NCBI GenBank assembly: GCA_963773065.1
Contig: CAVYZN010000005.1
Coordinates: forward strand, 106,273 to 170,272
Length of the DNA stretch: 64,000 bases
Source of the DNA: an uncultured Gammaproteobacteria bacterium
Lineage (GTDB): Bacteria; Pseudomonadota; Gammaproteobacteria; UBA9214
Reading direction: 5' to 3'
The translations under genes were made by a program, and so were the position numbers. Numbering within the stretch: the stretch's first letter is position 1; the number at the start of each line of letters is the position of its first letter. The notes under the pieces were generated by a model. The model saw only the letters and a list, made by a program, of their open reading frames with translations, had not been told where the DNA came from and did no database searches. Shown here piece after piece: positions 1-10,191 of this stretch.

Positions 1-2
1 AC

Positions 3-17
3 TGGCATGGGTATTGC
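3..17 (+). promoter_or_regulatory. sigma-54 (-24/-12) promoter of the PEP-CTERM gene
   Basis: TGGCATGGGTATTGC matches TGGCACG-N4-TTGC with correct GG/GC spacing, about 105 bp upstream of ORF 123; PEP-CTERM genes are known to be sigma-54/PrsR controlled. Confidence 0.7.
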
Positions 18-122
18 CTAATATATTTAGGAAAACTACGTAATTAGTGGTCGCAAACCAATATTCAAACCACTGATGAACTAGAGAAAAGAAAAAAATG
101 GTGTTTTTACGGAGTTCACATA

Positions 123-800
123 ATGCGTATACCACGTCTGCTCGGTGCGGCAAGCGCCTGTGCAATTAGTTTAGCTGTCGTTACATCTATCAATGCGGCT
201 CCGGTTTATACCGGCACCTACGTTGATATGTATCTGAAGCAAAATACCTTTCCGCCCGATCTATCGGAGGATAAGGTTTATCTCGATGCGGATACAGCGA
301 CCACAATTACCGGTCACGTTGGCTCCCAGACTGGGACACCACTGGTCAGCTTTTCATCAACGACCGACACACTTGTTGCGAACAACGGGTTTTCGAGCAT
401 TAAATCGGTTAATGGGAATATTAACAACATTACGATTACTGCCCCAGGATATTGGTTTGAAGACCTGATTTTCAGCGTGATGTTGTCGAATGGTAATTCT
501 GATCTATCTGTTACGGCCGAAAACAATTCAGGGGGAACTGATGTCAATACTGCCTGGACATTAGGAAATGGCGAAAATCGTATTTTAGTGCTCGCTAAAG
601 GTGACAATTTGATGCAATCAGTTACAGTTGACTCTTTATCCGGTTTTAACGCGCTTGGTGGTCTAAATCAGTTCAAGCAAACTGAAATTTCCGGATTGAC
701 AGTTGTCCCAGCGGCTGTCCCAGTGCCTAACGCCATCTGGTTGTTCGGTTCAGGACTGCTTGGCATGGCCGCGGTAGCGCGCAGGAAAATGCCCGGCTAA
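123..800 (+). CDS. PEP-CTERM/VPLPA-CTERM sorting-domain surface protein
   Basis: N-terminal signal peptide; C-terminal VPVPNAIWLFGSGLLGMAAVARRK (motif, TM helix, basic tail); RBS GGAG upstream. Confidence 0.85.
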   Translation: MRIPRLLGAASACAISLAVVTSINAAPVYTGTYVDMYLKQNTFPPDLSEDKVYLDADTATTITGHVGSQTGTPLVSFSSTTDTLVANNGFSSIKSVNGNINNITITAPGYWFEDLIFSVMLSNGNSDLSVTAENNSGGTDVNTAWTLGNGENRILVLAKGDNLMQSVTVDSLSGFNALGGLNQFKQTEISGLTVVPAAVPVPNAIWLFGSGLLGMAAVARRKMPG

Positions 801-844
801 AAAACCCTGTTTCTCTGATTCAGCAACAACAAGAAAACAATTTT

Positions 845-1174
<330 letters not shown>

Positions 1175-1177
1175 CTC

Positions 1178-1209
1178 AAAGAGGATGCAACTGCATCCTC
1201 TTTCTTTTT
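1178..1209 (+). terminator. Rho-independent terminator-like hairpin
   Basis: AAAGAGGATGCA-ac-TGCATCCTCTTT inverted repeat followed by CTTTTT, between convergent genes. Confidence 0.6.
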
Positions 1210-1564
1210 CCAGCGGTCCCGACAATGCTATTGTCTGGGATCCCCCCACTTCGTGACAATTCCCAGAAGAACGGAACACCTGTGGTACTTGCCAACTGTC
1301 AAGGAAAATCCTCTTTAGATATCCCGATTGGTACGCATGCACGTCCCGCATTTTGGCGGGATGAGGGGAAGCCGAGAGCAACTAGATACGGACAATCACT
1401 GCTGAAGTCGCTTATGACACCTTTCTGATTCCGTGTTCTTCCGCGTGTTCCGTGGCGATTACGAGTTTAGTTATAGCCAATCTGAATACCCCTTCACATA
1501 TCACGCTTCACCTTAACCAAATATCCCGCTCAATCGTCATGGTTCACGGGGTGCCTGAGGCAAA

Positions 1565-3367
1565 TCAGGCCGAGTGCGGGTTCAACTCGGGGAGTTCCGT
1601 CTTTGCACGGTGTGGATTGCGCCGGCGATGCGAGAACAACCGCGGACGCAACTGGTTCCTGAAATCGCTCTTCCAGGCATTGAAGTCCAGTGGCCGTGCA
1701 CCGTAGATCGCGCTATCCAATGATTGGACCAGGGCACGGAGTTTGGCCGGTTCGGCCTGCGGGTTGACCTCGATGAGTTTCTCCACGATTTGCGGCAATG
1801 GCGTATATGGCGCGATCTTGAGATGCTGGCAGATGCGGTTCTTGAACTGCACGCACCATTCCCGGGGACTGTCCTCCTGTTCGATACAGCGTGTGCACAT
1901 CCAAAGCTTGATCGGTAGGGGCATGAATAGCACGAGACCCATGCGCAGTTTTCGCAGGTACTTAATAACATTCAATCGCTGCATGGCGGCATGTGATGCG
2001 GCCATCGTCCGCCCCTTCACCGTAACCAACGCGGTCACAGTTGCCGCCACGGCGGTTTTGAGAATCGGGCGTGTGCGCGCCCAGTTACCCAACCAGTAAC
2101 CCACGATCATCCCCAGGGTAATCAGCAAGGGAAACCAGAAGAAGATGGAGTATCCACTGCCGCTGACTGCGCGTGCGGCATTTGCACTAATCCCGCTGCT
2201 CGGCAAGGCTTCAGGCTGATCGGACTGGCCGGCGATTTCGACGGTGTTCGAATCGACGTCCCACCACGCAACCCCGAGTTGGGGTAACCGTATCCAGCCA
2301 TCCTTGAGGGGTATCAGGGTGTAGGTTTCCTTGCGGCTACCGATCAGGTAGGCCCCGTCATTTGAAATGCCATTTTTGGTCGTGGTCGATTCGCGATATA
2401 CGCGGAAATCGTCGCTCACAAGTTGCTGTTCGAGCGTGGGCAGTTGGTCGCCGAGAGCCCCCTTGGCTTCCAGCTCAAGGGTCAGGGTTACCGGGGTGCC
2501 CTCCTTGACGCGTTGTTCATTCGACAACTGCGCTTTCAATTTCAAATCATTCAACGGCAGCCAGGGTTTCACGGTCGGCTCTGCCGGCTGCACCCGGAGG
2601 GTAATAGGTTTGATGGAGGCTATCGTGAACGCCTCGTCGACACCTGCAGCCGGTGGCATACCCGGCATGACATTCCATTGCGTGTTACTGGCCGCTTGTG
2701 TTCCCTTGAAGCTGATGACAGGTATCACGATTTCACCCGAGCGCAGTGGTGTCAGCTTGAAATGGTAGGTATTGACGATTTCTCGGTTAGCGCTGTATTT
2801 GTCCGTGCGCATACTCGCAACAGGGCCATCCACTTTCTGCAGCACGGCTCCTTCTATGTACGGCAGGATCGGGTTCAGCGTCATGAGATTATCACTGCTG
2901 ACCACGCGCACGGCGTAAACGATATTCTGCTGTTCAAAAGGCGAAGTCTCGCTGACTTCTACCTCGACATTCGGTTGGCCGGCCGCGGCGGTCGCGGGTG
3001 TTTGTCCGGCGTATGGTGCATAGGCCTGCGGTGGCAGCATCGGGTTAAGCGCGCCTGGCCAACCGGTGTTGGGCGCTCCGCCGAGATAATATCCGCTGTC
3101 GGCACCGTTATTCATGGTCTGGTAACTGTAGCTGTAACTGTAGCCATTGCTGCCGCTGGCGGAGTTGTTCTCGACCTGAAGGCCGGGCTTGTATGCTCCG
3201 ATATTGCCCCATGGACGATTTGTGGTGGTGCGAGAAGACTTTCCGCCGCCTTGATTACCGCTAGTGCTGAAACTGAAGGAGAAACTACTGGCCGTCTGGG
3301 TGACGCCGGAGAGGAAACTTGTCAGCAGACAGATGAGACAGAATCGGGACATTTTCATACGATACAT
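1565..3367 (-). CDS. batD: BatD-family exported protein with a low-complexity Ser/Tyr/Gly N-terminal extension
   Basis: Signal peptide; BatD-like beta-sandwich segments (PFEQQNIVYAVRV, LTPLRSGEIVIP, WLPLNDLKL, VAWWDVDS); C-terminal TM helix; last gene of a MoxR-vWA-TPR module. Confidence 0.75.
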   Translation of the reverse strand: MYRMKMSRFCLICLLTSFLSGVTQTASSFSFSFSTSGNQGGGKSSRTTTNRPWGNIGAYKPGLQVENNSASGSNGYSYSYSYQTMNNGADSGYYLGGAPNTGWPGALNPMLPPQAYAPYAGQTPATAAAGQPNVEVEVSETSPFEQQNIVYAVRVVSSDNLMTLNPILPYIEGAVLQKVDGPVASMRTDKYSANREIVNTYHFKLTPLRSGEIVIPVISFKGTQAASNTQWNVMPGMPPAAGVDEAFTIASIKPITLRVQPAEPTVKPWLPLNDLKLKAQLSNEQRVKEGTPVTLTLELEAKGALGDQLPTLEQQLVSDDFRVYRESTTTKNGISNDGAYLIGSRKETYTLIPLKDGWIRLPQLGVAWWDVDSNTVEIAGQSDQPEALPSSGISANAARAVSGSGYSIFFWFPLLITLGMIVGYWLGNWARTRPILKTAVAATVTALVTVKGRTMAASHAAMQRLNVIKYLRKLRMGLVLFMPLPIKLWMCTRCIEQEDSPREWCVQFKNRICQHLKIAPYTPLPQIVEKLIEVNPQAEPAKLRALVQSLDSAIYGARPLDFNAWKSDFRNQLRPRLFSHRRRNPHRAKTELPELNPHSA

Positions 3368-3470
3368 AATATTACCCTGTTGCCGTGATTGTGCATGTCG
3401 GATCAGGCATTAACATGCGCGGAATTATTAGAATGCCCCACGTAGCATGATATAGCACAGAACACTACTT

Positions 3471-5243
3471 TTACCATGGTCTCGTTTCCATCACCATTCG
3501 TCCACGGCGATCCAATTCCTGCCGTTCCTCGATCATGAACTGGTTTTTCAACAAATAGGTCGGATCACCTTCAATCTGCTCCAGCAATTGATCCATCATG
3601 ATCATTGAGATATCGGACCCTGGTTTGCCGTTTTCATCGGGTATGCCGGCAGGCTTTTCCGCATTCTTTCCACCAGGACCGGTCCCCAACTGGTCAAATC
3701 GGTCCACGGCCTGGCTTGCCTTGGTATCCTTTTCAGTGATTTCGCCGGGAGACCTGCCTGAGCCGGCTGACTGCTCGGACCCGCTACCCGCTTCCTGCTG
3801 GTCGCGTTTCTTATCGCCTCCCGCAGCATCTTTATCTTCGTCCTTCCCACCGCCGCCCATCTCCAGCCCGACATCCCCTAGACTACCATTCTTTTCATCG
3901 GGTTTCACACCGCCATCACCCGAGTCCTTTTGTTTATCCTGGCCACCCGCCTTGGACTCCAGTTGCTGTTTTTCACCTCCGGACTCTCCCTCGGGTTTCT
4001 CCTCTTTACCCGCCTGACTTTCTGGCTTTGATTTTTCAGCGGATTGGCCCTTGGATTCCTGCTCCGGGTTAGCCGATTCCTCCTTGGCATCCTCCTCCTT
4101 TCCCTTGTTTCCCTTTAATTTCTGGTCCTTTTCGCTGGATTCACCCATGGATTCTTGCTTGCCGGCGTTGCCACTGGTTTCCTCGCCCTTGTCTCCGGAT
4201 TTGCCTTGAGTGTCCTTTTTGTCCGACGCACCCTTTGATTCCTTGTCCTGCTTACCCGATGCTCCCTCGGAATCCTGTTTGTCAGACTGGCCTTTTGACT
4301 CCTGATCCTGTTTCCCGGATTCACCCTTCGATTCCTGGTCACCGGACTGTTGTTTGGATTCCTTCTGCTGGTCGCCGGACTTCTGTTCCTTGGACTCCTG
4401 CTGCTGGTCGCCGGATTTCTGTTCCTTGGATTCCTGCTGCTGGTCGCCGGACTTCTGTTCCTTGGACTCCTTCTGCTGGTCGCCGGACTTCTGTTCCTTG
4501 GACTCCTTCTGCTGGTCGCCGGACTTCTGTTCCTTGGACTCCTTCTGCTGGTCGCCGGACTTCTGTTCCTTGGATTCCTTCTGCTGGTCGCCGGATTTCT
4601 GTTCCTTGGACTCCTTCTGCTGGTCGCCGGATTTCTGCTCCTTGGATTCCTTCTGCTGGTCGCCGGACTTCTGTTCCTTGGATTCCTTCTGCTGGTCGCC
4701 GGACTTCTGCTCCTTAGATTTCTGTTCCTCGGACTTCTTTTCTTCAGATTTCTGCTTATCTTCTGGCTGGTCCTTTTTTTCCTCAACCATCTCCTCGGTC
4801 TTGGTCTCCTCGACCATTTTCTTCGCTAGCCCCAGATTGTGCAGCGTGTCTTCATCATTGGCGCGCAACGTCAGCGACTGTTCGTAGGCTTCGATCGCGC
4901 CAGGGTAATCACTTTGCTTGAAACGGGTATTGCCGAGGTTGTAGAGGGCATCCGCCTTGACATCCTCACGCTTGACGCTGGCAAATGCTTCACCGGCATC
5001 CTTATAACGGCCTGCACGGTAAAGTGCGACGCCGCGCCGGTAAGCATCGGAAAAACCGCTCGCCGCAGCCGCGTAGTCACCCTCTTCATAGTTTTTGGCA
5101 GCTTCCTGCTCGGGGGTTTTGAACAGGGCGGCACCGGCCGTCATTGGTACGCCCAGCGCTGCCAGCAGGAGCCACACTGTACCGCCCCGCAACAGCTTCC
5201 AACGGTAGGCCATGTGCTGATCGGATCCTGGTCTTCGCATCAT
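3471..5243 (-). CDS. BatC-like TPR protein with a long Gln/Glu/Lys/Ser-rich linker
   Basis: TPR motifs (RGVALYRAGRYKDA, ALYNLGNTRFKQSDYPGAIEAYEQSL, HNL); C-terminal LEQIEGDP...RPW typical of Bat TPR proteins. Confidence 0.8.
   Translation of the reverse strand: MMRRPGSDQHMAYRWKLLRGGTVWLLLAALGVPMTAGAALFKTPEQEAAKNYEEGDYAAAASGFSDAYRRGVALYRAGRYKDAGEAFASVKREDVKADALYNLGNTRFKQSDYPGAIEAYEQSLTLRANDEDTLHNLGLAKKMVEETKTEEMVEEKKDQPEDKQKSEEKKSEEQKSKEQKSGDQQKESKEQKSGDQQKESKEQKSGDQQKESKEQKSGDQQKESKEQKSGDQQKESKEQKSGDQQKESKEQKSGDQQKESKEQKSGDQQQESKEQKSGDQQQESKEQKSGDQQKESKQQSGDQESKGESGKQDQESKGQSDKQDSEGASGKQDKESKGASDKKDTQGKSGDKGEETSGNAGKQESMGESSEKDQKLKGNKGKEEDAKEESANPEQESKGQSAEKSKPESQAGKEEKPEGESGGEKQQLESKAGGQDKQKDSGDGGVKPDEKNGSLGDVGLEMGGGGKDEDKDAAGGDKKRDQQEAGSGSEQSAGSGRSPGEITEKDTKASQAVDRFDQLGTGPGGKNAEKPAGIPDENGKPGSDISMIMMDQLLEQIEGDPTYLLKNQFMIEERQELDRRGRMVMETRPW
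4354..4713 (-). repeat. intragenic tandem repeat, 10 x 36 bp, encoding KEQKSGDQQ(K/Q)ES
   Basis: Near-identical head-to-tail units ttgga(c/t)tcct(t/g)ctgctggtcgccgga(c/t)ttctg(t/c)tcc with no spacers. Confidence 0.95.
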
Positions 5244-6276
5244 TTTGTTCGCCGGTAACTTGGAAGCGTCCGCCGGAACTGCGGCAACAGCAACAGCACT
5301 GCCAGTCCGGCCAGGAGGTAGAAACGTTCATTCCAGACCCGGGTGCGTTCGTCCCGTTCCGTGTTGGGCAAGCGCCGCCGCCTTCACCTGGGCGAGGATA
5401 TCGCGGGTATCACTATCCCGGTAATCCGCCCTCTCGTATATCCCGCCACCGGCCGATGCGAGTGCTTTCAGTTCCGGTTCGTTCAGTGCGGATATTACCG
5501 GTTGACCGTTTCCTGGCCGTTAGCCAGGGATTATCGTTAGCCGGGACGGCACCGCCTTCCGGGGTACCGACACCCAACACATGCACGCGCACCCCGGCGT
5601 CAGCGAAGGATCGCACCCGTTCTTCCAGTCCCGCTTCATCAAAATCCCCATCGGTGATGATCAGCAGCGAGTTGACACTTTCCGCCGGCTGGCCGGCAAT
5701 AAGTTCCTTCGCCCGGTCAAGTGCAAACGAAAGCCGGCTTCCCTGGAGCTGCACCAGCCGGGTATCGAGCGCGGACAATACCCGGCGTATGCCATTCATG
5801 TCTTCCGTGATCGGTGATACCACATGCGCAACCGATGCGAAGGCAATCAATCCCACACGTATGCCCCGGTTCTGGTTAAGGATGTCTTCGAGTTCCTGAC
5901 GTGCACGCGCCAGCCGCGTGGGCTTAACATCCGTCACGTTCCATGGAACGCGAAATATCGAACAACACCAGAAGATTGGTGCCCGGCTTGAACAACTGCA
6001 CATCCGTGAAATCCCAGCGTGGACCCGCCATGGCCAGCACCATCAAGGTCCAAATACCCGTCCAGCGTGCAAAACGTTTCCAGCGCGTCCGTGGTGAGGT
6101 CTCCGTGCGACCGAGGAGATAGGGCATCAGATGGGCATCGGCATAGTTGCGTATCCGTTCATTCCTGCCAAGGCCGGGAAGAATCAGCAGCCAGAGGGCA
6201 ACCGGGATGCAGAGCAGCAGGGCCCATAGCCAGGCGGGCTCCGAGAAATGGAAGGATGCGAGAAAGCCTCATCCAT
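5240..6276 (-). CDS. batB: BatB-like vWA-domain membrane protein (several frameshifts in this assembly)
   Basis: Fragments in different frames join up: N-terminal TM, LAMAGPRW, MIDAS DISRSM, DVKPTRLARAR, RVGLIAFA, ITDGD, VLGVGTPEGGAVP, C-terminal WNERFYLL; start overlaps the batA stop. Confidence 0.75.
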
Positions 6277-7307
6277 GCGCGCGTGCCCTGAACCAGGTCC
6301 TGGGTATGCCATCCGGGAACAGGCCAAGCACCAGCAGGACAAACAGCGCCACGCCCAGTGGCCAGCGATAGAGCGGGCTGGGAATCATGACGCTGCGCGA
6401 TTCTGCCTTGGTTTTTTCCAGCGTATCGATGCGTTGATAAATCTTTCTCCAGCGCATCGGTATCCGTGGCTCGGAAGTAGGCGCCGCCGGTCATGTCCGC
6501 AAGTTCAGTCAACAATTCCTCGTCGATTTCCATCTTTTGCTCGGTCATCCGGCCGTCTTCGATGAATGGCACCAGTCCCTTGCTGCCCACGCCTATCGTG
6601 TAGATACGGATTCCTTCCTTGGCGGCCAGTTGCCCGGCCAAGCGGGGCGGTAGGCTGCCCGCGGTGTTTTCACCATCGGTAAGCAGGATCATGACTCTCG
6701 ATCCCTCCGGGCGTTCCCGCAATTTTTTTACAGCCAGGCCAACGCCATCACCGATTGCCGTGGCGTCGCCGGCCATGCCTGAGACGATGCTGTCTACCAG
6801 TGCATGCACTGCACTGACGTCCAGTGTCATCGGTGAGAACACAAATGCCTGACCGCCGAAAACTACCATCCCGATGCGATCCCCCTGCCGGGCCTGTATA
6901 AAACGTCCGATCACGCCCTTGACCACCGCCATGCGTGTGACCTGCCGGCCATTGACGCTAAAATCCAGGGCCTCCATGGACCGCGAGGTATCGATAACCA
7001 GCATCAGGTCATAGCCTTCGGTACGCACCTCTGAATAGGGTTCCAGCCACTCCGGGCGCATCAGGGCGAGGATCAAGGCGACCCATAGCAGGGCCAGCAT
7101 GATGGTCTTCTGCAAGCTGCCCGTATGGGTAAGGGATCGGGCCGACAAAAAAGTTGACGCCAACCGGCCAAGCGCCGGGTGCAGCAAGGTAGTGCCCTCA
7201 CCCTGGCTGTAGTAATCGGATGGCTTGTGACGGCGCGGCCAGAACTTCCAGACGAGCAGCGGGAGCGGCAATAACAGGGCAAGCCACGGCCAATGAAAAC
7301 TAAACAT
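6269..7307 (-). CDS. batA: BatA-like vWA-domain membrane protein (frameshift near 6440)
   Basis: MFSFHWPWLALLLPLP N-terminus; MIDAS DTSRSM; GDRIGMVVFG, TAIGD, LLTDGENTAG, RIYTIGVG, YFRATD; C-terminus IYQRIDTLEKT...LYRWPL in an adjacent frame. Confidence 0.85.
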
Positions 7308-7869
7308 GGCCAGACCCGGTTTTGCCAAGTATGCCGACCCGGACCGTCCGGATACGAGTCCGCACACCCATGCCCTTGCGCGTCGGTTGTGTAGCATCAA
7401 TCCAGCGCGTTGCCGCGCGTATCAGCAACGCCAGCTCCTTGCGTTCAACCTCCATGGACGGCGGCATGTATGGCGCCTTCAGCAGCACCTGGCCGCGTTC
7501 TTCCCAGTCAAAGCCGCTGGTATCCTTCTCCGCAAGCCAGTGCAGCCAGGTTTCCCCCGTCAATCCGGCGGCAACGCGGCGGCCACTGCGCGCCATCGCG
7601 ATGCGCCGCAGAAGTTCCGATAACCGTCCCGCCACTTCCCGGGGATTTTCCCTCAGCAATGCCTTGCGCAAAGCATTGAGTTTGCGACGGGCATCGCTGC
7701 GCCAGCCCAACCACGGTCCATGGCGTACCAGCCAGTATCCAATGACGATAACCACCGGGACAAGAGCGAGAGCGGCAATGACGTACCACCAACCCGGAGC
7801 CGGTGGCCACCAAGGAACCCCATCAAGGCCATGGATATCACGCAGGGTTCCCGAAAATGATTTCATCAT
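7300..7869 (-). CDS. DUF4381-family membrane protein
   Basis: LRDIHGL...WWPPAPGWW signature; ELLRRIA, AGLTGETWLHWL; standard position in MoxR-Bat operons. Confidence 0.85.
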   Translation of the reverse strand: MMKSFSGTLRDIHGLDGVPWWPPAPGWWYVIAALALVPVVIVIGYWLVRHGPWLGWRSDARRKLNALRKALLRENPREVAGRLSELLRRIAMARSGRRVAAGLTGETWLHWLAEKDTSGFDWEERGQVLLKAPYMPPSMEVERKELALLIRAATRWIDATQPTRKGMGVRTRIRTVRVGILGKTGSGHV

Positions 7870-7871
7870 GT

Positions 7872-8787
7872 CTACACCCTGCCTCCCGCGTAACGCCGCA
7901 AGCCTTCAGTCAATACATAATGCACATCGGCGTCTGTGCTGACGGGAATAAAACCGATCCCGAGCCGGTAAGCCATCTGTTGGACCTCATTGCGACGCAA
8001 TTCCCAATCGTCGCGAAATGCCTGCCGGCCCCGTTCATTATCCGTATCCACTTCCAGCAACTCGCCAACGGCATTGGAGAAAATGACGGATCCCATGGCG
8101 GGAAGGTCGCTATCGGCAGGATCATCGATTGGCAGTAACAGTACATCATGGCGCTGACGCAGACTTCCCAGTGTGCGTTCCAGGCCGATCGAGACCTGGT
8201 TGATGGCGGCAATGACAAAGATCAACGACCCGGTCGTGCTGCCGGAATCCAGATGCTGCAGCGCGGCAATTATTCGGGTGTCATCGATCTCGCCATGCTC
8301 GGCCGGTTTTGTCAGTGCTCGTAACAGACGCCACAGACCGCGCCGCCCCGGGGTCGCCCGGAAATACTGGGTACCCATGGCCGGATTACCGAAGAGCACG
8401 CCACCAACCCGATCCTGCTGTTTGCTCGCGGCCCAGCCAATCAGCGCTGCGGTGCGCGCCGCCTGGATGGATTTGAAGGTGCCGCGGGTGCCAAAACTCA
8501 TGTGCGGTCCGGTGTCGACGCACAGCATGACGTTGCGCTGCCGTTCTTCGCGAAACACCTTGAGATGCGGCCTGCCGGTGCGGGCCGTGACCAGCCAGTC
8601 CATGTTGCGGATATCGTCACCTTCCCGATACTCGCGCACTTCCTCGAAGTCCAGCCCGGTACCGCGGAAAACCGAAGAATAAAGGCCGGCGAAGGTCGAA
8701 TTGACAAGATGATGCGCGGCGACACCCAGCGTCACGCGCCTGATGGCGAAGTTCTAGCAGGTCATCGAGCCGTGGATAGAGAATCAT
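7872..8787 (-). CDS. DUF58 vWA-like MoxR partner (frameshift near 8735)
   Basis: GTGLDFEEVREYREGDDIRNMDWLVTAR signature; true N-terminus MILYPRLDDLLELRHQAR lies in an adjacent frame. Confidence 0.9.
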
Positions 8788-8861
8788 TATTGGTCACAGG
8801 CCCGGATTAAGCGGAAAAGGTACAACAATAGACACACCCGAACGGGCTACTGCTGAATGCA

Positions 8862-9854
8862 TCACGGAATTGCAACGACCTCCAGCAGTCGTCTGATGAA
8901 ATCGCTGGTTGTTACCCCTTCCGCCTCGCCTTCAAAGGTCAACAGTATGCGGTGTCGCAGGACATCAGGCGCCACTGACTGGATATGATGGGGGGCAACG
9001 AATTCGTCGCCATCGAGCCATGCCCTGGCGCGCGCGCAACGCGCCAGAGCAATGGTTGCACGCGGTGAAGCGCCAAAGCGGCACCAGCGTTTGAGATCGG
9101 CATCGTAGGCACCCGGCTTACGGCTGGCTTGCACGAGATCCACGATGTAATTGTTCAACTTGGGATCGAGGTAGAGTTTTGTGGCATCCTCCCGCACTTT
9201 GAAGAGCTCCTCCTGGGATAATACCCTGGCAGGTGGTTCAGGCGATTTCAGCAGTTGTTTACTGTCGAGTTCGAGGATGGCCAGTTCTTCATCCCGATTC
9301 GGGTAATCCACCCAGACGTGCATCAGGAAGCGGTCCAGTTGGGCTTCCGGCAAGTGATAAGTGCCTTCCTGCTCGATCGGATTCTGTGTTGCCAGCACCA
9401 TAAACAGTCTGGGCATGGTATAGGTATGCAGGCCCACAGTTACCTGATATTCACCCATGGCCTCAAGCAGCGCCGACTGTACCTTCGCCGGTGCCCGGTT
9501 CACTTCATCGGCAAGCAGGATATTGTGAAAAAGCGGCCCGGGACGAAACTCGAATTCACCCTTTTCATGACGGTAGATATCGGTTCCTATCAGGTCGGAT
9601 GGTAACAGATCCGGTGTGAACTGAATGCGGTGAAAATTGCCTTCGATGGCTTCCGCCAATGATTTTACCGCTGTCGTCTTCGCCAGACCGGGCATGCCCT
9701 CCACCAGAAGATGTCCCTGGCTCAACAGGCAGATGAGCATGCTGTCAACGAGATCGCGCTGTCCGATAACCCGTGAGGCGAGGTGGGCACGGACACTGTC
9801 TAGTACCGAGGGATCGATGTGGCGGTTAATCGCCTGGCTGCTGACGTTCAACAA
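8862..9854 (-). CDS. moxR: MoxR-family AAA+ ATPase
   Basis: HLLVEGMPGLAKT (Walker A), RIQFTPDLLPSD, LLADEVNRAPAKVQSALLEAM, ATQNPIEQEGTY, PEAQLDRF. Confidence 0.97.
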   Translation of the reverse strand: MLNVSSQAINRHIDPSVLDSVRAHLASRVIGQRDLVDSMLICLLSQGHLLVEGMPGLAKTTAVKSLAEAIEGNFHRIQFTPDLLPSDLIGTDIYRHEKGEFEFRPGPLFHNILLADEVNRAPAKVQSALLEAMGEYQVTVGLHTYTMPRLFMVLATQNPIEQEGTYHLPEAQLDRFLMHVWVDYPNRDEELAILELDSKQLLKSPEPPARVLSQEELFKVREDATKLYLDPKLNNYIVDLVQASRKPGAYDADLKRWCRFGASPRATIALARCARARAWLDGDEFVAPHHIQSVAPDVLRHRILLTFEGEAEGVTTSDFIRRLLEVVAIP

Positions 9855-10043
9855 TGCACTGGTCTCCTGGACACTTCGGTATTCAATCCCGAAGATAATC
9901 AGTTTATAACCCGCCTTATGTTATCCCGATTTACAGATGATGTTTACGGATTTCAAACTGAATGGGGTACAGTCGGACTGTCGATTTAATTGATAATGAT
10001 ACATTTATAAACTTAATATTCATTTATTACAAGCGATGTCCGA

Positions 10044-10057
10044 TTGATCTGAATCAA
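10044..10057. promoter_or_regulatory. perfect FNR/ANR-type box
   Basis: TTGAT-CTGA-ATCAA in the AT-rich intergenic region about 190 bp upstream of moxR. Confidence 0.6.
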
Positions 10058-10191
10058 TATTCCCAGACGTTTCTGACAATCTTGTCATGCTGAGAGTGTC
10101 GGATGGGAATGCGGACCTGGCCTTGTTCGCAGGCCTATTGACAGCTTTATCGATGCCTCGAAACGAAGGGGAGTTTCTGACTTATTCAGGT

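Noticed and set aside
4354-4713. 36 bp repeats as a CRISPR array
   Set aside because: Units are head-to-tail without unique spacers, in frame within a CDS, and there are no cas genes.
4235-4887. Plus-strand repeat ORFs (LLLVAGLLFLG and DSFCWSPDFCS repeats)
   Set aside because: Antisense shadows of the TPR gene repeat.
9990-10010. Possible Fur box or second FNR half-site (TTGATAATGATACATT)
   Set aside because: Only the left half matches, which is expected by chance in AT-rich DNA.
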